This document shows positions 1-7,444 of a stretch of DNA of 17,010 nucleotides, piece by piece (position 1 is the first letter of the stretch; every line of letters begins with the position of its first letter). The DNA is from Opitutus sp. GAS368. Its GTDB lineage: Bacteria; Verrucomicrobiota; Verrucomicrobiia; Opitutales; Opitutaceae. The notes under the pieces are model-generated. The model had not been told where the DNA came from. It worked only from the letters and a program-made list of their open reading frames with translations, and ran no database searches. A program made the position numbers and the translations under genes. The stretch lies in contig CAMAVZ010000032.1 in the NCBI GenBank assembly GCA_945861645.1, positions 1 to 17,010 of the forward strand, given 5' to 3'.

Positions 1-960
1 GCGGAGGAGTTGGCGAAATTTTATCAAACAATCGGCGGCGCGATCGCTTCGGCCAAATCCGCACCGCCGCCATCCCGACTGCTGATAACGGGAGGGCGGG
101 GCCGGCTGGCGGCGCTCATCACGCAGCATTTCACCCCGCAAGGCTACCCGATCACCCGCTTCTCACGTCAAGGCGGTGATGACATGCACGCTTGGTCAAC
201 TCTCACCGAGCCAGCGCAACTGGCGGGGGCGGGCACCTTGCTGCATCTTGCTTGGAGCACTTTGCCCGCCACGTCGGAAAAAAGCGCCGGAGCGGAATGG
301 CAAGATGACTTGCCCGCTTTGGAAAAAATCCTCCAAGCCCTCACGCCGCTGGCACCGGCCGAGCGTCCGCATTTTATTTTCTTCTCTTCCGGTGGAGCGG
401 TTTACGGTAACGCCCCCGGCCGGCCCAATGTGGAAACGGATCAATGTCAGCCGATCGGCTGGTACGGTAAGGCCAAGCGCGCGGCGGAGGAAATCATTGA
501 AGGTTACGTCGCGAGCCATGGACTCGCTTGCACCATCCTGCGGATATCCAATCCCTATGGCTACCCCGTGCCACAGAATCGGCTGCAAGGAATTATTCCC
601 CACGCTATTCGCTGCGCTGCGGAAGGACAAACGCTCACGCTGTGGGGCGACGGCCATGCGCAAAAAGATTTTCTCCACTACACTGATTTCCTTGCGGCGC
701 TGGAGCAGGTCATCACGCGGCGTCTGACGGGAACTTTCAATCTGAGTGCCGGTGAGTCGCACACGGTGCGCGAAGTCATTGCGCTCGTCGAACAGCAGAT
801 GGGCAAAAAAATTGCCATCACCTATCAAGCCGCCCCCACGTGGGACGTGGACGCGAGCCGACTCGACAATCGCCAGATTGTCGCGGCGACCCACTGGCGG
901 CCTCAAGTAACCCTCGCCGAAGGCATTCGGCGTTCGATCGCGGACTATCGGGCGTCCTAA
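1..960 (+). CDS. NAD-dependent nucleotide-sugar epimerase/dehydratase (extended SDR); probably 5'-partial
   Basis: Rossmann motif LLITGGRGRLA, HLAW, FFSSGGAVYG, catalytic YGKAK (YxxxK), LRISNPYG, LWGDG...KDFLH. The frame is open from base 1 (AEELAKFYQ...), so the TTG at 10 is not necessarily the start. Confidence 0.9.
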   Translation, partial: AEELAKFYQTIGGAIASAKSAPPPSRLLITGGRGRLAALITQHFTPQGYPITRFSRQGGDDMHAWSTLTEPAQLAGAGTLLHLAWSTLPATSEKSAGAEWQDDLPALEKILQALTPLAPAERPHFIFFSSGGAVYGNAPGRPNVETDQCQPIGWYGKAKRAAEEIIEGYVASHGLACTILRISNPYGYPVPQNRLQGIIPHAIRCAAEGQTLTLWGDGHAQKDFLHYTDFLAALEQVITRRLTGTFNLSAGESHTVREVIALVEQQMGKKIAITYQAAPTWDVDASRLDNRQIVAATHWRPQVTLAEGIRRSIADYRAS

Positions 961-966
961 TTAACC

Positions 967-3066
967 ATGGCCGATAACCACACCCCTTTAGCGAGCCACG
1001 CGCGCCCCAGCACCCGCGGTCCTTTGATTGTCTTTAGTATTATTTTCTTCGGAGCGCTCTGGATGGTGTCGCAAGCCTGGAACGCTTCCATTCTCGATCG
1101 CTATGAATTCCGGCAAGTGCAGACCGCGCTGAGCGCTTTTTGGGTAATCCAAGACGGATTTCGACTCGATTATCTTACGCCCATTTTTGGGCCACCGTGG
1201 TCGATTCCCATGGAGTTCCCCATTTACCAATGGAGCATAGCCGCTCTGGTGGGTCTGACGCATATGCCGCTCGAGCAAGCCGGCCGGCTCCTCAGCGTAC
1301 TGTTTTTTATCGCCACGCTGCCCGCGGTCTATGATTTGCTCGCCCTCGCCGGACTGAGTGCATCGCGGCGCTTATTGGCTCTGGCGCTTATCTTGAGCGC
1401 GCCGGTCTATCTTTTCTACACCCGCACGGTGATGATCGAGACGACGGCACTCTGCTTTTCACTTTGGTTTCTTTGCTGTCTGCGGCGAGGACTCGAATCG
1501 CTGCGTGGCAGTACTTTATTTTTTACCTGCCTCTTCGCGTTATTAGCGGCACTCACGAAAATCACCACCTTCGCTGTTTATGGAATTCCGGCAGCGGTAC
1601 TCACCCTAGCCGCGCTGCGGCGGGCCAACCAAGCCAGCGGCCCGACTCGCTGGGTGGGGCTACGGCGGCGAGAGCTCTTTGCTTTTCTGCCTGCCGCGCT
1701 CAGTTTAGGTGTAGCGACTTGGTGGATCGCGCACGGCGACGGACTTAAACACTCTAATCCTTATGCTGGATTTCTCGCCTCGACCGAGCTGCGTCACTGG
1801 AACTATGGCACGCTAGCCCTCCGCCTTGAGCCCTCCTATTGGCAGCGCATCTGGGAAACCATTACCCAAAATGTTCTGAGCGAAGGCGCGATGGCGGCCG
1901 CCCTGGTCTGTGGAACGCTCGCGACGGCCCGAGCGCGGCGCGTAGCGTTGGTCTGCTGGTTAGGCTTCATCAGCGGTCCGCTCGTCTTCGCTAACCTCTA
2001 CCACGTTCATGATTATTATTATACGGCCAATGCCCTCCTCTTGACGGGTGCGGCTGGTCTCCTGCTCGCTTCCGCGTGGGATAATCCCCGGGTAAATAGC
2101 GGCACCCGCTGGGTGGCACTCGCGGTTATGCTCATGCTGCAATACCATGCCTTTGATCGCAGCTATCATTATTATTATTGGAAGGAAGCTCCGCCGCCAC
2201 CCGACCTAGCCAAGATTATGCGCGAGACGATTCCGGCCGATGGCGTCGTGCTGATTTCCGGCGCCAATTGGGATCCCGTGCTCACTTATTATTCGCAGCG
2301 TCGCTCATTAATGATCCCCGGTGATCGTGATGATGAAACCAAGGTGCTGGAAGACGTACTCGCCAAGCTCCCCCCCCGCCGCATTGCGGCGATGGTGGTC
2401 GTGGGGAAACGTCTCCGGCAAGCGGAAGATTTTATCAGCGCACGGGCGGCCCGTTTCGGCTTCTCCCCCCGACCATTTGCTTCAAGTGATGATGCAGATC
2501 TCTATCTCCCCGCTGACACAATTTTCTCGGCGGCCCGCCAGCTCGAAGGCCGCCACTTCAAAAGCGCCCAAATTTTAGTCACGGCGGCAGCTGATACGAT
2601 TATACCTGAAGCCCAGCTTCAAAATCTGCTCGGCGAATCATTTCCGATGTGCTCGCCCGCCCCACAGCGTGCGCGGAGTCGCTTTGGGGTCAGCGTTGAA
2701 ACCATCGCGGGGCAGCCGCGGATCAACGCCCATGCCCCTTCTGAAATTTATTTTCAGCCCCCCCCCGGCGCTCACACCATCACGGCGACCGTGGGACTTT
2801 CGCCTTCCGCGTACGCGAAGCCGCTGCCCGAAGCGAGTGATGGCGTTGTGATCGAAATTCTCGCCGAACAACCCGATGGATTGCGCCACTCTCTGTATCG
2901 CCGCCATTTGCAACCGGCAACCAATCCCGCCGATCGCGGCTCGCAAGAGATCACCTATCAGCAAACCACTCCCCTCGCTTACCCGTTAGTTTTCCTCGTC
3001 ACGATCGGACCCGCTAAAAACCCCGACTATGACCAAGCTTATTGGAGTCGGATTAAAATTAACTAA
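967..3066 (+). CDS. Polytopic membrane GT-C fold glycosyltransferase (ArnT/PMT-like, GT83/GT39-like) with C-terminal soluble beta-sandwich domain, 699 aa
   Basis: N-terminal TM helix followed by DRYEFRQVQTA and PMEFPIYQW loop motifs, GRLLS, YTRTVMIE, ALTK, HVHDYY. About 10 or more hydrophobic segments in the first ~400 aa, then a hydrophilic C-terminal region. Confidence 0.8.
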   Translation: MADNHTPLASHARPSTRGPLIVFSIIFFGALWMVSQAWNASILDRYEFRQVQTALSAFWVIQDGFRLDYLTPIFGPPWSIPMEFPIYQWSIAALVGLTHMPLEQAGRLLSVLFFIATLPAVYDLLALAGLSASRRLLALALILSAPVYLFYTRTVMIETTALCFSLWFLCCLRRGLESLRGSTLFFTCLFALLAALTKITTFAVYGIPAAVLTLAALRRANQASGPTRWVGLRRRELFAFLPAALSLGVATWWIAHGDGLKHSNPYAGFLASTELRHWNYGTLALRLEPSYWQRIWETITQNVLSEGAMAAALVCGTLATARARRVALVCWLGFISGPLVFANLYHVHDYYYTANALLLTGAAGLLLASAWDNPRVNSGTRWVALAVMLMLQYHAFDRSYHYYYWKEAPPPPDLAKIMRETIPADGVVLISGANWDPVLTYYSQRRSLMIPGDRDDETKVLEDVLAKLPPRRIAAMVVVGKRLRQAEDFISARAARFGFSPRPFASSDDADLYLPADTIFSAARQLEGRHFKSAQILVTAAADTIIPEAQLQNLLGESFPMCSPAPQRARSRFGVSVETIAGQPRINAHAPSEIYFQPPPGAHTITATVGLSPSAYAKPLPEASDGVVIEILAEQPDGLRHSLYRRHLQPATNPADRGSQEITYQQTTPLAYPLVFLVTIGPAKNPDYDQAYWSRIKIN

Positions 3067-3247
3067 ATTACCGGCAAATTCTGCGGTGCAAGATGTCTAT
3101 TTGCCTAAAGTGGATTGATCGATAGCGGCTAGCTTAATGCCGTTACTTAACGGCTGAGATCAACCCAACCGCTACCATTTGCTGTTCAATGCACTGAAGG
3201 ATAGTAACAGCGCACTGATGACCGAATGAACATCACCAAGCCGTCAC

Positions 3248-3280
3248 TAAAAGATCTTTATAGTTTAAATTTAATTCATT
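3248..3280 (+). promoter_or_regulatory. AT-rich putative promoter/regulatory core upstream of the GT array
   Basis: 33 bp with only 4 G/C in a GC-rich background. It has a -10-like TATAGT at 3259-3264 and 10-bp palindromes AAAGATCTTT (3250-3259) and TTAAATTTAA (3265-3274). No recognisable -35 box. Confidence 0.3.
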
Positions 3281-3435
3281 CCCAGCACGCAGCGGCGAGA
3301 GCCCAGCAGAATGTAGCCATTCGATTGAACGAGGTGAACGCTTGGGCCATTGCAGCCTGATCGTAAGTCTACCGCGCGCACTCTGGAACAAGCTTTACTG
3401 GCTACGGCCACCACCACTTAATTCCGGCCTAATCC

Positions 3436-6400
3436 ATGAGCCTGCCCTCCCCTAAGTTCCATATCGACAGCCCCATCTATTGGCGGCCCGAGGTCGCAGG
3501 CCTAGAAATAAATGGCTGGCTTTATCTTGGGGAAACAACCCTCTGCGTCGATCTCCGCGCTCGCGTGGAAGCCTGCACCTTTCTCGGCATTTATGGCCTA
3601 GAGCGCCCCGATACCCAACAAGCTTTTGGGGGCTCGCTGGCTGCCTTGCGCACCGGCTTCACTCAGCGCGTGCAAGTGTGGCAGGGGGCCAAAAACATTG
3701 CGCTCGATTATCATGATGGGGCCGAGTGGCACGAATTTTTTCAAACGTCCCTCGATACGTCCGCCTTGCCCCCAACGGCGACCCAACCCCAACCCATTTT
3801 ACGTACGGTCATCGTCTACCAAACACTGCAATATCTTTACCGGCATTTCCACCGGGAGTCATGGCGCGAACTTTGCCGGGCCACCGATGCCGTGCTGCGT
3901 GATGTCCTTATGCCCACGAGTGATATTGCGGTCGGCGATCGCTTCCTCGGTCATATTGAAAATCCTGGCTATTGGATTAACGCCGGCTACGGAAAATTTC
4001 GCATCACCGGATGGATCTTTGGCGTTGGGCGCACGATCAGCCAACTCAGTGCGACCACCGGAGTTTTAACGGAGAATCGCTTAGTGTATCCTAAGGATCG
4101 GCCCGATGTAGCGAGTCACCGCAGCGATCACGCGAACGCCCTAAAATCAGGTTACTACGGCCTCATCGACATCCGCACGGATACGCCGAATCCGGCGAGC
4201 TTGAAAATCTTTGCTGAAACGGGCGATGGCACGCGGCCCCTGGCCTTTGCTCGTCGCATGTATCTCGATCGTCGCGACGAAGGTTCGGGCCCTATTCCGA
4301 TCTATCGACCATGGCTTTTTTATAAAGTCGTCGCGGCTTTTTTACGCGGCTGGGTCCTGGGGCGTTTCACCTTTGATAGTTGGGCCCAAACGCGCGCGGA
4401 GATCGGGCGCCTCCAAATTCAGCTCGCGGCAACTTTTAGCCATGGCGAAGCACCCAAAATTCCCGCCGCGTTAATACGGCGCCGTGATCAGGATCCTTAC
4501 ACCCGCTGGTGCTGGCACAATCGCCTCACACCGCGGCTGCGCGCTATCCTGCAACAAGACGCCGATACGTTGGTAAAAAATGGCGGTCCCCTGATCAGCG
4601 TCGTCGTCCCAGCCTATAATACCCCAGAAAAATATCTGCGCGAATTGCTCGAATCACTCCAGCAACAGTTATATCCGCGCTGGGAATTGTGCATTGCGGA
4701 TGATGCCTCACCGCAACCGCACGTTCGCCGGATGCTGGAAGCCGCGGCTCGCACCGATCCCCGCATCAAACCTGTTTTCCGCACCGAGAACGGCCACATC
4801 GCCCGCGCCACGAACTCCGCTCTTGCGGTAGCCTCCGGCGAATTCGTGGCACTGCTGGACCACGATGATCTTCTGCCGCACGACGCCCTGTTCCAAATCG
4901 CCGCGGCGATCGCGCGCCAACCAACCGCGGGTTATCTTTACACTGACGAAGACAAAATCGATAACACCGGCCGCCGTTACGATCCCCAGCTCAAAGGCAG
5001 CTGGAGTCCTGAAATGGCGATCACTCACAACTACACGCATCACCTCAGCGTGATCCGCCGGAGTATTATTGAGCAAGTCGGCCGGCTGCGTCCGGAATTT
5101 AACGGGGCCCAAGACATCGACCTCTTCCTGCGCTGCTGGGAATTAATCCAGCCGGAGGATGTCATTCATGTGCCTTTCATCGGCTACCACTGGCGCGCCC
5201 ACGCCGAAAGCACCGCCACGCGCGGCGACCAAAAAGGCTATTTATTCGAGGCCGCCCGCCAAGGCATTGCGGAAGCCGTGCAACGGCGCGGTCTGCGCGC
5301 CGAACCCATGCTGCCCGATTTCGCGAAGCACTACGCGCTTTGCCTCCACCAATTAAAATGGGATGCGACTCTCCTGCGGGACAGTCCAGTCACGATTGTT
5401 ATTCCGACAAAAAATCGCGTCGATCTACTCCGCCCGTGTCTGGATTCACTCGCCCGCACCACACCGCGCGAGTTGGTTAAAATTATAGTCGTCGACGATA
5501 ATTCTGACGACGACGCTACCATCGCCTATCTTCAAACTCTACCCGATCGGACGGATCTGCGCTGCGCAGTTCTGCCGGCCGGATTGCCGGCTGAGCCTCT
5601 GGACTCAAAGCAGAAGACCGCATCAGCCACCGCCCGCTTTAACTACTCGCGACTCGTCAATTTGGGCACAGCGCAAGCCGACACGCCGCTGGTACTTCAC
5701 CTCAACAATGACGTCGAGGCGCTCACGCCCGGCTGGCTTGAGGACATGGTAGGCTGGCTCAGCATCCCAGGCGTGGGTGTCGTAGGCGCAAAATTACTCT
5801 ATCCCGATGGAACGATCAATCATGCCGGCATTAGTCTGAGCCATGAAGATGGCCTCCCCCATGTCCTCTTCGAGCGCGAGCCGGCTGAAGACTTAGGTTT
5901 TCTTTTTTTACCTCACGCCGCGCGCAATGTCGCCGCCGTCACCGGCGCCTGTCTCCTCACCCGGACTGCGCTCTATCGCCAACTGCAAGGCTTCGACGAA
6001 GCCCAGCTCGCCGTGGCTTACAACGATGTTGATTATTGTCTGCGCGCGGCTGCGGCTGGTCAGCGCACCGTTTATACCCCGCAGGCAGTCCTGCGGCACT
6101 TCGGCAGCGCTTCCCGCGGCAACACTTACGCGGAACGCGAACACGTCGCGTATCTCGCCCGGCACGGCACTCACCGCGACCCCTACCACAGTCAGGCGCT
6201 CGACTTCCCCCCGCGCAATCTGCCGCTCAATCCCTATCAGCAACGTTACGCGCAGACGCCACGGCCCTTCCATGCGATCGTTTTAACGCACAATCTGAAT
6301 TACGAAGGCGCGCCTATTTTTATCTTCGAACTCGCACGCTATCTCGCCGAACAACCCGGAGTGCGTATCACAATTGCTGCACCGCAAGACGGTCCGCTGC

Positions 6401-7434
6401 GGGCGCGCTTCGAGCAACTTGGCTTGAAAGTGGAACTGTGGGATGCGCGTGCGCTCACCGCCGCCCAGACGCCGACTGAATTTGCCGCGGCCTTGAAAAA
6501 ATTTGCCGCCACGCGGACTTGGTCAGAGATCGATCTCTTCGTGACGAATACCATGCTCACGCATTGGGGTATTCACCTCGCCGCGCTGCTCGACAAGCCT
6601 TCGGCGCTCTACATCCACGAAAGCAATACGGTGAAGCGCTTCTTTGCGCCCCTGCTGCCACCGTTGATGCACGCGACGGTCGAAGCGGCTTTCTCGCTCG
6701 CCACTCGCGTTATCTTCACCGCCCGCTCGACCCACGACATCCATCAGGAACATAACGCTAACGATAATTATCGCACTCTCCGCAGCTGGGTCGATTTTGG
6801 CCGCATCGAGCAATTCAAAGCAGCCCACGAGCGGACGGCGCTGCGGCACAAACACGGACTCGATCCGGATGCGGTGCTAGTCGTCAACATTGGCTCCGTC
6901 TGCGAACGTAAGGGGCAACATATCTATATTCGCGGCATTGATCTGCTCGGTAAGGAACTCGCGACGTTGCATCCCGGGAAAAAAATTCAGTGGGTGATGG
7001 TCGGCGCCCGCGAAGGACTTTACATGGAGACGCTGCTCGAGGACATCCAACTGATGGGCCTCCACGAGGTGAAGATTTTCCCTGAGACCGGAGAGATTTA
7101 TGATTTTTATCAACTCGCTGACATTCTGGTCTGCACGAGCTTTGAAGAATCATTGCCGCGAGTGCTCTTAGAGGCGATGGTGTTTGGCCCGCGGATTGTC
7201 AGCACCGATGTCAACGGCATCGCCGAAATGCTGACCAACACCGACGAAGCCTACCTGGTTCCTGCCGGTGATCCCTTTAAATTGGCCACGGCGCTCAAGG
7301 CGGCGCTCGCGGATCATTTTGCCGGTAATGAAAAAATGATCTCGATGGCCTACGCGCGCGCCGCCCGCAATTACCACCAGACCCGGGCACTGCCTCAGCA
7401 TTTACAAGTAATCCGCGAAGCTTGGTTGGGCTAA
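3436..7434 (+). CDS. Multidomain glycosyltransferase: 2x N-terminal beta-rich module + GT2 + GT2 + GT4, 1332 aa
   Basis: GT2-1: ISVVVPAYNT, IADDAS, LLDHDD, YTDEDK, GAQDIDL. GT2-2: VTIVIPTKN, VDDNS, FNYS, HLNNDVE, AVTGACLL, YNDVDYCLR. GT4: THNLNYEGAP, ERKGQ, EESLPRVLLE (EX7E). The tandem-GT2 arrangement resembles RfbC/WsaE-type polysaccharide GTs. Confidence 0.93.
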   Translation: MSLPSPKFHIDSPIYWRPEVAGLEINGWLYLGETTLCVDLRARVEACTFLGIYGLERPDTQQAFGGSLAALRTGFTQRVQVWQGAKNIALDYHDGAEWHEFFQTSLDTSALPPTATQPQPILRTVIVYQTLQYLYRHFHRESWRELCRATDAVLRDVLMPTSDIAVGDRFLGHIENPGYWINAGYGKFRITGWIFGVGRTISQLSATTGVLTENRLVYPKDRPDVASHRSDHANALKSGYYGLIDIRTDTPNPASLKIFAETGDGTRPLAFARRMYLDRRDEGSGPIPIYRPWLFYKVVAAFLRGWVLGRFTFDSWAQTRAEIGRLQIQLAATFSHGEAPKIPAALIRRRDQDPYTRWCWHNRLTPRLRAILQQDADTLVKNGGPLISVVVPAYNTPEKYLRELLESLQQQLYPRWELCIADDASPQPHVRRMLEAAARTDPRIKPVFRTENGHIARATNSALAVASGEFVALLDHDDLLPHDALFQIAAAIARQPTAGYLYTDEDKIDNTGRRYDPQLKGSWSPEMAITHNYTHHLSVIRRSIIEQVGRLRPEFNGAQDIDLFLRCWELIQPEDVIHVPFIGYHWRAHAESTATRGDQKGYLFEAARQGIAEAVQRRGLRAEPMLPDFAKHYALCLHQLKWDATLLRDSPVTIVIPTKNRVDLLRPCLDSLARTTPRELVKIIVVDDNSDDDATIAYLQTLPDRTDLRCAVLPAGLPAEPLDSKQKTASATARFNYSRLVNLGTAQADTPLVLHLNNDVEALTPGWLEDMVGWLSIPGVGVVGAKLLYPDGTINHAGISLSHEDGLPHVLFEREPAEDLGFLFLPHAARNVAAVTGACLLTRTALYRQLQGFDEAQLAVAYNDVDYCLRAAAAGQRTVYTPQAVLRHFGSASRGNTYAEREHVAYLARHGTHRDPYHSQALDFPPRNLPLNPYQQRYAQTPRPFHAIVLTHNLNYEGAPIFIFELARYLAEQPGVRITIAAPQDGPLRARFEQLGLKVELWDARALTAAQTPTEFAAALKKFAATRTWSEIDLFVTNTMLTHWGIHLAALLDKPSALYIHESNTVKRFFAPLLPPLMHATVEAAFSLATRVIFTARSTHDIHQEHNANDNYRTLRSWVDFGRIEQFKAAHERTALRHKHGLDPDAVLVVNIGSVCERKGQHIYIRGIDLLGKELATLHPGKKIQWVMVGAREGLYMETLLEDIQLMGLHEVKIFPETGEIYDFYQLADILVCTSFEESLPRVLLEAMVFGPRIVSTDVNGIAEMLTNTDEAYLVPAGDPFKLATALKAALADHFAGNEKMISMAYARAARNYHQTRALPQHLQVIREAWLG

Positions 7435-7444
7435 GGATCATGTG

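Noticed and set aside
3384-3399. Sigma54-like TGGAACAAGCTTTACT 36 nt upstream of the 3436 start
   Set aside because: Spacing fits, but the near-invariant GC of the -12 element reads AC and the -24 element has a further mismatch.
3067-3435. tRNA, CRISPR array, IS/MITE or small ORF in the long intergenic region
   Set aside because: No cloverleaf, regularly spaced long repeats, terminal inverted repeats with target duplication, or credible ORF was seen.
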